A stretch of 64,000 bases of DNA from positions 96,001 to 160,000 of the forward strand of contig OZ244742.1 in the NCBI GenBank assembly GCA_965219415.1, given 5' to 3'. Under the pieces are notes generated by a model. That model saw nothing but the letters and a program-made list of their open reading frames with translations. It was not told the origin of the DNA and ran no database searches. Each line of letters begins with the position of its first letter. Position 1 is the first letter of the stretch. Both the position numbers and the translations under genes were made by a program. Of this stretch, positions 39,495 to 50,252 are shown piece by piece. The stretch is from Candidatus Marinacidobacterales bacterium. GTDB taxonomy: Bacteria > Acidobacteriota > Vicinamibacteria > Marinacidobacterales > DATDRI01.

Positions 39495-39977
39495 TCGGGG
39501 GCGTTTTCTCTATATCTCGCGGGGGAGGACATCAGCCGGCTGGGGCCGACCACAAAGATAACCCTGGATCGCGTCACAGCCTTCTCGGTAGAGAAAGGCT
39601 AGTTGCTCCTCGGTTTCAACACCCTCGGCGATCACGTCTAGCCTGAGTTTGTGCCCGAGTCCGATGATTCCTGCCGCGATCGATGCGTCGTTCCGCTCCG
39701 TGGTGATGTCCCTAACAAAGGTCTTGTCGATCTTGAGGGAATCGATGGGGAATCGCCTCAGATAAGCGAGGGAAGAGTAACCGGTGCCGAAGTCGTCCAC
39801 GGCAATTCGAACCCCGAGGGACTTGATACTGGCAAGCGTCGCCTTGGTCCGCTCGGTGTCCTGCATGAGGTGGCTCTCGGTGATCTCGAGCTCCAGGCAC
39901 TGCGGAGCGAGCTGGTAATCCTGAAGCGCGCGGCTAACAATCTGCACCAGATTCTTGTCTTCGAACTGTCTCGGAGA

Positions 39978-41349
39978 GAGCTCTTGTCAATAGGTGTGTA
40001 AAAAAGTTCAGGCAGCAGCAACCTTCGACGACTCCGTTACCCTGTCTCCATCTTCAAATCGAACGCCCAGGTGAACCTCTCGCATCAGCTCCGGTGCGTT
40101 GAGCCGGCGAAAATTCTTCTCCGCAACCAGAAGCAGTTTGAAGATTGTCGCAGTGGCGGACTCGACTTTCTTGAACCTTTTGGCCGCATCCGTTCTCAAT
40201 CTCAGTGCAGCGAACGGTGATTCCACGACGTTGCTCGTGCGAAGGTGTTGCCAGTGAGGCTTGGGAAAGGAATAGAAGCTGACCATCCGCTCCCAGTCCT
40301 CGTCGAGCACGTGCGCGGCCCCCGGAAGACCCTTGCGCAAGCACCAATCCTGGAACTTGGCCTTCTTCGTCTCGCACTCCTGCAGGCTGGTGGGGTAGGG
40401 GGTCGCCGTCAACAGCGGCTTGGCCTGCGCCTGGTCCCTTTTCGGAATCCGGTCCAGTACGTTGAGGATTCGGTGGTTCCAGCACCGCTGCTCCTCAGCT
40501 TCTGGAAATACGTTTCGGGTCGCGGCCCAGATGCCGAGATGACCGTCACCGATCACCAAACGGGGACATCTCAGACCGCGCTTCTTCAGTCTCCGTAGCA
40601 GCGACGACCATGACGCTTCGGATTCTCGATGCCCGGCCTCCAGCGTCAGGACGATTTTCGTCCCGTCGGACAGGCCACCAACCGCAACTAGCACCGCCGC
40701 CTTGTCCTTCTCAAGGCCGGCCTTCACGTACACGCCATCTACCCACAGGGACACGAGCTCGAGTTCGTCCAGTGGGCGAGCTAGCCACTGCTCGTACTCT
40801 CCCTGCCATTTCTGTTTCAGCCGCGACACCGTGCTGGGAGAAAGTGGAGCGTCCTCCCCTAGAAGCCCGCGGAGCGCCAGATCGAAATCTCCGTGAGCTA
40901 GTCCATGCAGGTACAGCTCCGGAATCAACTCGCTCACCGTTTCGCTCCGACGCTTGAACAGCGGAAGCACTCGACTTTCGAACCTCTCCTCCACGTCCCC
41001 TACTCTCGGCCGGCGAACCGTCACCGTGCCCACGCTCATCGTCAGCTTCCGAGGCTTACCGTATCCATTTCGATAGCCCGCCGTTGTGTCCACGGGCTTC
41101 CGTCTCTCCGATTTCTCACGCCCGAGAAGCTCCGTGACTTCGGCTACCATCAGCTCCTGCACCCAATCCTGGATCTCGAGCCTCGCCTACTTCTCCAGCG
41201 ACTCCCAAGCCACCCTTGACGAGCTCCGTCGTCTTGTGGTCTTTTCCTTCATGGCGGTGTCTCCTTCCGTTGGCCCCTTCAGGCCGTGTTTCGTGACGCG
41301 GAAGGTTACTTCGCCTTTACTTTATTTCCACACCTTCTGAGGGTAGCTC
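39978..41349 (-). mobile_element. IS256-family insertion sequence, copy 1
   Basis: Imperfect IRs GAGCTCTTGTCAATAGGTGTG / GAGCTACCCTCAGAAGGTGTG; 8-bp TSD CTCGGAGA at 39970-39977 and 41350-41357. Confidence 0.93.
40008..41252 (-). pseudogene. IS256 (Mutator-type DDE) transposase with an early in-frame TAG
   Basis: YRNGY, WVDGVY, IGDG, QRCWNH, TSNVVES; TAG at 41187-41189. Confidence 0.88.
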
Positions 41350-43168
41350 CTCGGAGACAGGTTGACCGCCACCCGCAAGTTGTTGAACCCGGCCGTTTGT
41401 CATTGTCGCACCTGTTCACAAGCATTTCGAAGGATCCACTCCCCCGCCGTGATAATCAGCCCGGTATCCTCGAGGAGATAGATGAAGTCCATCGGCGCGA
41501 TCAAGCCGCGCTCGGCGTGCTCCCATCGCACCAACGCCTCGACCGCCAAGAGCTCGCTGTCCTCCAGGGATAGCTGCGGTTGGTAGTGGAGGCGAAACTC
41601 GTTCCGCTCCAATGCGTGGCGCAAGTCCCTTTCCAGGCTCATCCGAGTCAGGACTTCAGAGTGCATTTCCTTGCTGAAGATTTGGTAACTGTTTCTTCCG
41701 CGCTCTTTCGACCGATACATGGCCGAGTTGGCACATTTGAGCAGCTGATCGATGGTGTCTCCGTTATCTGGATAGAACGCGATACCCACGCTTCCGGTGA
41801 CGACGACCTCTTGATCGTTCACGCGAAACGGAGATGCAGCGCGTCGAGAATCCTTTGGGCAACCACCGTAGCCTCTTGCTGATGCTCGAGGTCGTCCAAG
41901 ATGATGGCAAACTCATCGCCACCCAGGCGCGCCAGGGTCTCGAACTCCCGGACGCACTCACCGAGCCGGCTACTCACTTCCCTGAGGAGCGCGTCCCCCG
42001 CCTCATACCCGAAGCTCTCGTTGATGCCCTTGAATCGATCCAGGTTGAGAACCAACACCGTCACGTGAGTTTCCCGGCGCTTCGCTCGAGCCAAGGCGAG
42101 GGAAAGTCTCTCCTGAAATAGCCGCCGGTTGGCCAGCGCGGTGAGCTGGTCGTAGTACGCCAAGCGGGTTAGCTTCTCCTCGGACTCTTTCCGTTCGATC
42201 GCGTAGCGAAGCGCTCGATTGAGAAGACCGGCATCAAATAGCCCTTTCAGAATGTAGTCCTGCGCTCCCACTTGAAGTGCCTGGACCGCCACGCTTTCAT
42301 CGTCCATGCCTGCGAGCACGATGATGGGCAGGGATGGCGCGGTTGCGCGCAGCCGGGCAACCGACTCCAGCCCACGCGCGTCGGGAAGCGCGATGTCGAC
42401 TAAGGCGGCCTTGAAGGAAATGCCGTCGAGCAATCGCAGCGCCTCGCTCAAGCGATTGACTTGTATGGCGCGGTGACTCGCTCCCGCAAAATTGGTTAGC
42501 AGCTCGGAGATCACCCGCCTATCGCCGGGCTTATCTTCGATCAATAGAATGGCACTCGCGGGGTCCCCGATGGCCTGAGGACTCCAGGCTTCCGCCCCCG
42601 CTCGCGCGGCATGCAGTTGAACACCGTCTCGAATGGCTGCGCCCAGGCTCTCTCGGCTCCATGGCTTGGCAAGGACCCCATCGACGATGCTGGAATCGAT
42701 CGGAGCCCCGAGGTTAGCCGCCGCCGTGACCAAGAGATAGGTCGCCCACGGACATTTCACGCGGAGGCGCTCGATGAGACTCAGGCCGTCCGCGCCGACG
42801 AGACGGAGATCGGATGCGATAACGGTATATTGATGGCGGCTCGCCAGAGAGAGCGCCTCTTCGGCACCACTCGCGAGATCGATGAGGAAGCCGAGCCGCT
42901 GCAGGGAAGAAGCGAACGCTTCCCGGGTGGATTTTTCGTCGTCTACAAAGAGAATGCGCTCGTCCTGCCGCATCACGCTCCCTTGGGGAAGAAGACTTCG
43001 CTGCGAGCAAGCCCGCAGAGCGCCGTAACCTAGGCGCCCTGTACTTATGTTTTCTGGATTTCACAACTATACAACATGACAATCCGCCCTGTCTACTGAA
43101 GACGGGTGTCAGGCGCGAGTGCTAGTTGGGGATCAGACGTTAGTCCTGACCCGGGAAGGCGTTCCTAT

Positions 43169-43860
43169 TCAGTGAGGAGCCAGAATTGGGACTGGTAACT
43201 GAAGACCGTAAAGACGATACGGTCCCCTTTGGGGGAGTAGGATGGTTGGGTCTTGTCCGTGGGGTCGAAGGTGATCTGCTCCGGCTTGCCACCGGTCTCG
43301 GGCACGCGAAAGATCTGGAAGTAACCCTTTGGGCCTGGTCCCACGAAGGCGACCCCACCTGCCGTCCGGCGAGAGGCCGATGCCCGAGTAGTGCTGTTCA
43401 CTGTCCCACCGGTGGATCAATCTCGGCGTTCCACCGGTGCGAGGCACCGTGTAAATCGCCTTCTTACCCGGAGGTCCAGCGCTTTCGAAAACCAGCGTTT
43501 CGCTATCGGGCATCCACTCTGTCTGCATCGCGTGCTGCGTGAAACCTTCCAGCGGCACTTCTTCCTGAGGTTGAGTGACCGTGCCGGTCTCTTGATCCAT
43601 CCCCACGACGTAGATCCGCGCTTTCGGCCGGTCATTGACGTGGCTTGGGTAGACCAGCCACTTCCCGTCTGGCGACCAACGCGGCCAACCGGTCTCGTGT
43701 CCGTCTCGGGTGATCTGACGCGACGGTTGTGAACCGTCGGCGGGCTCGATCCACAGATCGTCCGAAGGCCCAAAATGAGAATGAAAGGTGACCCACTTCC
43801 CATTCGGAGACCAGCACATGCCTTGCTCTTCGGAAGTCGACGACTGAACCGTATGCTCTA
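43169..43860 (-). pseudogene. TolB-like (PD40) beta-propeller C-terminal fragment
   Basis: WSPNGKW, WSPDGKW, SPDGRW, YSPKGDR repeats; frameshift ~43355; no proper 5' end. Confidence 0.75.
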
Positions 43861-43970
43861 CAGCCTGGGACTTTGAGCTCAAACGAGCTTCGACGTCAGC
43901 CATCGCACTTCGCGTACCTGCGGACGCCAGAGCCGGGATGGTAGCCGCACGCCGGGTCAAATAGAAAAAA

Positions 43971-44434
43971 TTACGCGTGACGAGTGTTCCCCCCCAGCTC
44001 CTTCGTCACGTCCCGCAAACGCCAGCGCCCTCGGTTATCTTCGAGCCAGTCGACAAAGTAATGAAGGCGCGATGCATAACTCGCCATATCCCACTCCGGT
44101 AACGAAGCCCCAGCAATTCCCACACGAAACAGCCTTCGGTAGGTTGTTCGCGCCAGGCACAGCGAGCCACACTGAGACTGCTCTCGATGAACGACACGCA
44201 CTCGAAACGCCACAGCTCGGCCCGAAAGGTTTCCTGGACCGTCATTTCAGCAGAATGGTCGTAGGGTGTGTCGACTCGGGCTCGGGCGGCTCTGCCGAGA
44301 AACTCGCCGAAGTCTTCCTCGAGCCTTGGGGCACCGACCGATTGATACCAGCGGGATAGCAGAGAATTCTGATGGGGCGACCGATCGCCGCCGGCAACAA
44401 GCGCCATCAGCGCCAATGAGGCTAAAACGTGCAC
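43971..44434 (-). pseudogene. DUF1460/AmiA-like amidase fragment
   Basis: Signal peptide, FECVSFIE, then YASRLHYFVDW in another frame; 3' truncated. Confidence 0.65.
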
Positions 44435-44582
44435 CGGGACTTTATTCTACACCCAACTGGCCGACGTCGAATGCCCACCCCCTGACGCGCTAACGTTGAG
44501 AAGCCGCCTCACTTGGGGTTAGAGTAGGGCCGCATTTGAGCCTGCCGCGGAAATTCGGCGGCTCACAAAGGGAGAAGGCGAC

Positions 44583-45026
44583 ATGGCACGCAAGTACGAG
44601 CTCAGCGGATCCCTCCGATTCATCAACTCGCTCATGAGCCCGCTCGCCAAGTGGGGTTTCGGCCCGGATGTTCTGCATGTCCTGACCACCACCGGGCGAA
44701 AATCGGGACAACCCCGCAGCACGCCGGTCAACGTCATAGCCATGAACAACGAGCGGTGGATCGTCTCGCCCTACGGAGAGCGGGGATGGGTCAAGAACGT
44801 TCGCGCCGGAGGAGAAGTCCGCATTCGGCGTGGGTCGAAAGACGAAGCCATTCACCTAGAGGAGGCTGACGCCCAGACCGCCGCCCCTGTTCTGCAGGAG
44901 TACGTGAGGACGACCCCGATTACACAGCCTTACTTCGACATCACTCCCGATTCGTCACAAGTTGCCTTCGTCGCCGAGGCCGTGAAGCATCCGGTCTTTC
45001 GAGTCGTCGCGAAGGGTCCGGCGTAA
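44583..45026 (+). CDS. deazaflavin(F420)-dependent nitroreductase-family protein
   Basis: LTTTGRKSGQPRSTP, WVKNVRA, HPVFRV. Confidence 0.8.
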   Translation: MARKYELSGSLRFINSLMSPLAKWGFGPDVLHVLTTTGRKSGQPRSTPVNVIAMNNERWIVSPYGERGWVKNVRAGGEVRIRRGSKDEAIHLEEADAQTAAPVLQEYVRTTPITQPYFDITPDSSQVAFVAEAVKHPVFRVVAKGPA

Positions 45027-45042
45027 AAGGAGGATTCCATTC

Positions 45043-46030
45043 ATGAAACCCGACCGACTGCTCAGCTTGATCGCCCTTGGCTTGTTGCTCACAGCATCCA
45101 CCCTCTCGGCGGAAGAGGATGTCGTCGCGACGTTCTCAATTGTTGCGATAGATCCGGATACCGGTGCGATGGGTTGCGCGGTGCAATCCCGCTACTTCGC
45201 GGTGGGAGCCGTCGTGCCGTGGGGCGAAGCCGATATCGGAGTCATCGCTACCCAGGCGAACGTGAACGTCGGTTACGGGCCGCAGGGCATGGCCTTGCTG
45301 CGACAGGGGCTCAGTGCGGATGAAGTGCTGGAACGGCTACTGGCGGAGGACACGTTTCCCGGTAAGGATGGTCGACAGGTCCGCGATCGTCGACCCGAAA
45401 GGCAACCTCGCGGTGTTCACCGGCCCCGAGGCTGCCGATTGGGCGGGACACAAAAAAGGTAAGAACTATTCCGCGCAAGGCAACATATTGGCCGGCCCGC
45501 AAGTCGTCGATCAAATGGCGGAGGCGTTCGAAAAATCCACGGGCGGTCTCGCCGAGCGATTGCTCGCCGCACTCGAAGGTGGCCAGGCCGGCGGAGGCGA
45601 CCGGCGCGGCCGGCAGTCGGCGGCGCTTCTCGTTGTCGAAGAAGGTGGCGGCCGCAATACCAACAATGATGTCACGGTTCGACTCCACGTCGAGGATCAT
45701 CCGATGCCGATCCTGGAACTGCGTCGGCTGCTAAAAATCCAGTTTTCCATGAACGCCATGTCGAAGAGTCGCGGTTTGGCTCGCGAAAAAGACGCAGAAG
45801 GTGCTCTCGCCGAGGCGCGACGCGCGGTGGAGCTCTGGCCGGACGGACCCAATACGCATCTCAACTTGGGCCTCCTCGCCTACTCCGCGGGCGACAAGGA
45901 AACCGCCCTATCCGAGCTCATGAGAGGCGCCGCACTCAACCCGTATTTCTGCACCCAGCTCAAGGCCACCATAATGTGGACCGAGCACGAGGGCCTCGAA
46001 GAGGGCTTCATGAAGAAGTTCTGCCATTGA
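45043..46030 (+). pseudogene. DUF1028 (Ntn-hydrolase-like) plus TPR protein, frameshifted
   Basis: ATFSIVA, ATQA, frameshift ~45380, AQGNILAG, GGDRRGRQSAAL. Confidence 0.8.
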
Positions 46031-46052
46031 CGATGACGTCAGGAGGTCTAAT

Positions 46053-47381
46053 TTGTTGAGACCAACCACTATTTTGTTCTTCCTAGGCGCGCCACTGTTG
46101 CTGGCGAGGCCCGCCCTCGCCCAGAACAAGCCCCAAGCTTTCGTCGGCGCCCGGATCATTCCGGTAAGTCCGGACGGAAGTGTAGAAATCGACGACGGCG
46201 TTCTTGTCATCGAAGGGGGCGAAATCGTCGCGGTGGGTCCCGCCGGCTCGGTCGACATTCCGTCGAACGCCGAGCGGCACGATGTGTCCGGTTCGCTCAT
46301 CATGCCCGGGCTCATTGATACGCATAGCCACATCGCTGGACCACGGGGAGCCGATGGCAGCGCGCCCATCCAGCCCGATGCCCGTGTGATCGATTCCCTC
46401 AACATGCGCGACGCGCGCGTTCAAAAGGCGCAGGCGGGTGGCATCACCACTGCCAACATCATGCCGGGGTCCGGGCACCTGATGAGCGGTCAAACCCTCT
46501 ACCTCAAGTTGCGAGAGGGACGCATCGTCGACGATTTCCTCATCCGTAGAGAGGACGGGACGATCGCGTCGGGCATGAAGATGGCGAACGGCACGAACTC
46601 GCGAAGGGATCCCCCGTTTCCGGGCACACGAGCGAAGTCGGCGGCACTCGTAAGGGAGCAGTACGTCAAGGCTCAAGAGTACCGCGACAAGATTCGTCGC
46701 GCCGACGGCGACCCGGATAAGATGCCGCCGCGCGACCTACGCATGGAGGCGTTGGTCGAGATCCTTGACGGCAAGCGCATGGTGCACCATCACACGCACC
46801 GCTACGATGACATCCTCACTGTTTTGAGACTTGCCGAGGAGTTCGGATTCCGGGTCGTTCTGCAACACGCAAGCGACTCACACAAAGTGGCCGCTGAAAT
46901 CGCCGCGGCCGGTGCGCCGGTATCGATCATTGCGATCGACAGCCCGGGAGGAAAGATCGAGACCAAGGACGGACAATTCTCGCAGGGGAACGGCGCCGCG
47001 CTCGAGCAAGCTGGGGCCCTCGTGGGTTTTCATACCGATGACGGCATCTCCGACTCTCGACTGTTTCTGCGTTGCGCTGCTCTTGCGGTGCGGGCGGGGA
47101 TGACGCGCGCCGGAGCGATTTACGGACTCACCATGGCGGGAGCCAGGATGCTAGAGCTCGAGGAGCGTATCGGATCCCTCAAGCCAGGTAAAGACGCAGA
47201 TTTCGTCGTCCTTTCTGGAGATCCGCTTAGCGTGTACACGAAGGTCTTGCAAACATGGGTGGAGGGCGACAAGGTTTTCGATCGGGACAATGCCCAGGAT
47301 CGCTTGTACGCGGTGGGTGGCTACGGGGCCGGCCACGATCAGCCGCTGGTGTTCCAAGAGCTCTTGGACGAGGGACGCTAA
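46053..47381 (+). CDS. exported amidohydrolase
   Basis: MPGLIDTHSH, KMANGTN, HTDD, GSLKPGKDAD. Confidence 0.88.
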   Translation: MLRPTTILFFLGAPLLLARPALAQNKPQAFVGARIIPVSPDGSVEIDDGVLVIEGGEIVAVGPAGSVDIPSNAERHDVSGSLIMPGLIDTHSHIAGPRGADGSAPIQPDARVIDSLNMRDARVQKAQAGGITTANIMPGSGHLMSGQTLYLKLREGRIVDDFLIRREDGTIASGMKMANGTNSRRDPPFPGTRAKSAALVREQYVKAQEYRDKIRRADGDPDKMPPRDLRMEALVEILDGKRMVHHHTHRYDDILTVLRLAEEFGFRVVLQHASDSHKVAAEIAAAGAPVSIIAIDSPGGKIETKDGQFSQGNGAALEQAGALVGFHTDDGISDSRLFLRCAALAVRAGMTRAGAIYGLTMAGARMLELEERIGSLKPGKDADFVVLSGDPLSVYTKVLQTWVEGDKVFDRDNAQDRLYAVGGYGAGHDQPLVFQELLDEGR

Positions 47382-48601
47382 TGCGAAGCCATGGAGGAGT
47401 TTTGTTGTATGCGTTGGCGACCCTCTTTTTGTCCTGGCCTCTTCAGGCCCAAGTCGCCGTCCGGGGGGAGACGGTCTATACGATGGCCGGCCCTCCCATC
47501 TCGGATGGTGTCGTCCTGATCCGCGACGGCAAGATCGAGCGCGTGGGTCCTGCCTCTACTGTCACGATACCAAACGGATTCCGGGTTCTGACCGCCCAGG
47601 TCGCCACACCGGGGCTGATCGATGCGCACACCGTGGTAGGCATCGCCGGTTACCTCAACCAACCGACCGATCAGGAGCAACTGGAACCCTCTGCACCGAT
47701 GCAGCCCGAACTGAGAGCGATGGACGCCTACGACGCGCGGGAGCGGCTCGTGGAGTGGCTTCGGGAGTTCGGCATCACCACGATCCATACCGGCCATTCC
47801 CCCGGCGCTCTCATATCTGGACGGACGATGATCGTGAAGACGCGGGGCAACAACGTGGACGAAGCCGTTCTCGTTCCCGAAGCCATGGTCGCTGCGACAC
47901 TCGGTGACAGCGCCCGAGGGGAAGACAGGAAGCCGCCCGGAACGCGGGCGAAGATGGTGGCGATGCTGCGAACGGAATTCATCAAGGCGCAAGACTATCT
48001 CGACAAGCAGGCAAGTGATGACGAAGAGAAAAAGCCCGATCGCGATCTCAGACTCGAAGTCTTCGGCAAGATGCTCAATCGCGAGCTTCCGCTCCTCGTG
48101 ACCGCCCAGCGCTCTCAGGATATTTTGACCGCCATTCGCCTTGCCAAGGAGTTCGAAATTCGACTCGTCCTGGACGGCGCTGCGGAGGGCTACTTGGTCA
48201 CCGAACAGATCAAGGCGTCGGGATATCCCGTCATCTTGCACCCCACCATGTATCGCTCGGGCGCCGAGACCGAGAATCTCACCATGGAGGCCGCATCCCG
48301 CCTGAAGGCGGCAAACATCCCATTCGCCCTCCAAAGCGGCTATGAGTCCTATGTACCGAAGACTCGCGTCGTTCTCTTCGAAGCGGCCCTCGCCGCAGCC
48401 AATGGGTTATCCTTCGAGGAAGCGCTCTCCTCCATTACCATCGACGCCGCTCGTCTGCTTGGGGTCGACGATCGCGTGGGGTCGCTCGAATCAGGCAAGG
48501 ACGGTGACGTCGCGCTCTACGATGGAGACCCCTTCGAGTACACGAGCCACTGCGTGGGCACCGTGATCGATGGAGAAGTAGTCAGCGAGGTGGTTCGGTA
48601 G
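47381..48601 (+). CDS. exported amidohydrolase paralog with degenerate metal ligands
   Basis: PGLIDAHTV (HxH incomplete), GSLESGKDGD; TAATG overlap with the upstream gene. Confidence 0.85.
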   Translation: MRSHGGVLLYALATLFLSWPLQAQVAVRGETVYTMAGPPISDGVVLIRDGKIERVGPASTVTIPNGFRVLTAQVATPGLIDAHTVVGIAGYLNQPTDQEQLEPSAPMQPELRAMDAYDARERLVEWLREFGITTIHTGHSPGALISGRTMIVKTRGNNVDEAVLVPEAMVAATLGDSARGEDRKPPGTRAKMVAMLRTEFIKAQDYLDKQASDDEEKKPDRDLRLEVFGKMLNRELPLLVTAQRSQDILTAIRLAKEFEIRLVLDGAAEGYLVTEQIKASGYPVILHPTMYRSGAETENLTMEAASRLKAANIPFALQSGYESYVPKTRVVLFEAALAAANGLSFEEALSSITIDAARLLGVDDRVGSLESGKDGDVALYDGDPFEYTSHCVGTVIDGEVVSEVVR

Positions 48602-50249
48602 GAGCGGCTTGCGAGGTCCTTACAAACCGGAAGTTCCTGGCTCGCCCCATGCTGGGCCGAAATCCGGACACGTTTCCCTGGGCGTCTCTATCGAAGACAA
48701 TACTTCCCCACTCCCAGCGGAAACCATCGCGAAACATCGGCTCGAGCGCTGGGTCATCCAAGTCAAGACCGACCACTGTCAGTTCGCCGTCTCCTGATAG
48801 TTGAATCTGGTAGGTCGCGTCGACGTCCTCGCAATAATAGGAACCCCGGTATACGCCTAAGTCCGTCTCGGGCGGAGGAAGGTCACGCAGAGACTCGAAC
48901 TGGAAGGGCCGCTGGCCTCGGCTCTGCAACTTCAGTCGATTGTTCCCGTCGAAAACGACGTCCACTTCGTCCATGCCCCGAACCGCACGGAATCGGTTCT
49001 CATCCTGCCCCAGCAGACGGTAAGGGTATCCGTCGATTTTCAGTACATGGACTCCCTCTTCCACCGCGAGCTCCACAAACTCTCCCGTCCGCTCGCCCCA
49101 GTACTCGCCGACCCTGCCTTCCAGAAACGCTTCCTCAACCGCAACTCCAACCGACGAGGGTTCCGGCGTCATGTGCTCGCCCAAGTAAATGTCCGCGATC
49201 TTGCGCGCCAACGCCGTCGGCTGCGCATCGCGCCGGTTGCAAAGGCAAATGACAGAAAACTTCTGCTTCGGAAACTGCAGGATGCCGGCACGGTAACCGA
49301 CCCAGGAGCCTCCATGCCCGACGGTGTCGAGCCCGCGGTACGAGCTCACGCCCAAACCGAGAGCATAGTCCTGAGAGACGCCGTCGTTCAGTACACCCGG
49401 CGTCAGCATCTCTTTCATGACGGCGTCCCCACCCAGTTTGTTGTCGTAAAAGTTCTGATCCCAGATGAGCAGATCCTCCACCTTGGTAAAGACGCCGCCA
49501 TCACCGACCAGGTCGATCTTCGAGACATCGACTTCGAAGCCACCGCCCTTGGTGCGCCGATATCCGGTCGCGCGGTTCGGGACAATCATCCGCAGATCGT
49601 CGAGGAAGAAGGTGTTCGTCATTCCCAAAGGCTGAAATATCCTTTCGTCCGCCCACTCCCTTAGGCTTTTCTCGGTTGCCCGAGGAATGATCTGTGAAAT
49701 GAGAAAGTATCCGGAGTTGCTGTACAGGTATTCGTCACCGGGCGGGAAGTTGAGGTGCTTCTGCCGGGCAATGATCGCCAGAGCGTCTTCGACCGTAAAG
49801 TAGTCATTCTCCGAAGGATTACCTGCGATGTCCATTAGCTCCAAATAGTCCCGGATCCCGCTCGAGTGGTAGAGCATCTGGCGAATCGTTACCTGGGCGG
49901 GAAGATTTCTAAGCTCGGGGAGATGTTTTCGAACGTCGTCGTCGAGAGAAAGCTTTCCCTCGGCAGCCGCGAGAGCGATCGCGATGGCGGTAAACTGCTT
50001 CGAGACCGATCCGATGCGAAACACCGTCTCGGGAAGATTCGGAATGCCGTAGTCCAAATTCGCCATCCCGTAGCCGCGTTGGTAGATGAAGTGGCCGTCC
50101 TGGATGATGCCCAGTCCGCAGCCGGGAACGTCGGCGCGATCGAAATCCTTGAAGAGGGCGTTGACCCGATCAGTGCGTGAATCCGGCGGCGCGGCAGAGA
50201 CTAGGCTCGCCAGAAAAAGAGGGGCGAGAATTGCTGGGCTACCCTTCAT
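48582..50249 (-). CDS. serine hydrolase, beta-lactamase class C/AmpC-like
   Basis: GSVSKQF (SxxK), YSNSGY, HGG. Confidence 0.88.
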   Translation of the reverse strand: MKGSPAILAPLFLASLVSAAPPDSRTDRVNALFKDFDRADVPGCGLGIIQDGHFIYQRGYGMANLDYGIPNLPETVFRIGSVSKQFTAIAIALAAAEGKLSLDDDVRKHLPELRNLPAQVTIRQMLYHSSGIRDYLELMDIAGNPSENDYFTVEDALAIIARQKHLNFPPGDEYLYSNSGYFLISQIIPRATEKSLREWADERIFQPLGMTNTFFLDDLRMIVPNRATGYRRTKGGGFEVDVSKIDLVGDGGVFTKVEDLLIWDQNFYDNKLGGDAVMKEMLTPGVLNDGVSQDYALGLGVSSYRGLDTVGHGGSWVGYRAGILQFPKQKFSVICLCNRRDAQPTALARKIADIYLGEHMTPEPSSVGVAVEEAFLEGRVGEYWGERTGEFVELAVEEGVHVLKIDGYPYRLLGQDENRFRAVRGMDEVDVVFDGNNRLKLQSRGQRPFQFESLRDLPPPETDLGVYRGSYYCEDVDATYQIQLSGDGELTVVGLDLDDPALEPMFRDGFRWEWGSIVFDRDAQGNVSGFRPSMGRARNFRFVRTSQAAPTEPPR

Positions 50250-50252
50250 TTG

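Larger units (their letters stand above)
39510..42976 (-). pseudogene. REC-REC-GGDEF-EAL c-di-GMP signalling protein, disrupted
   Basis: Two receiver domains, RLGGDEF, VEALVRW, DDFGTGYSSL. Frameshift ~41820, TGA at 41400-41402, IS256 inserted in VNLSPRQF. Confidence 0.9.

Noticed and set aside
323-41402. Stop-codon recoding (in-frame TAG at 323 and 41187, TGA at 41400)
   Set aside because: Intact genes terminate normally at TAG and TGA. Two of the three affected genes have other lesions, and two of the stops are one transition from TGG.
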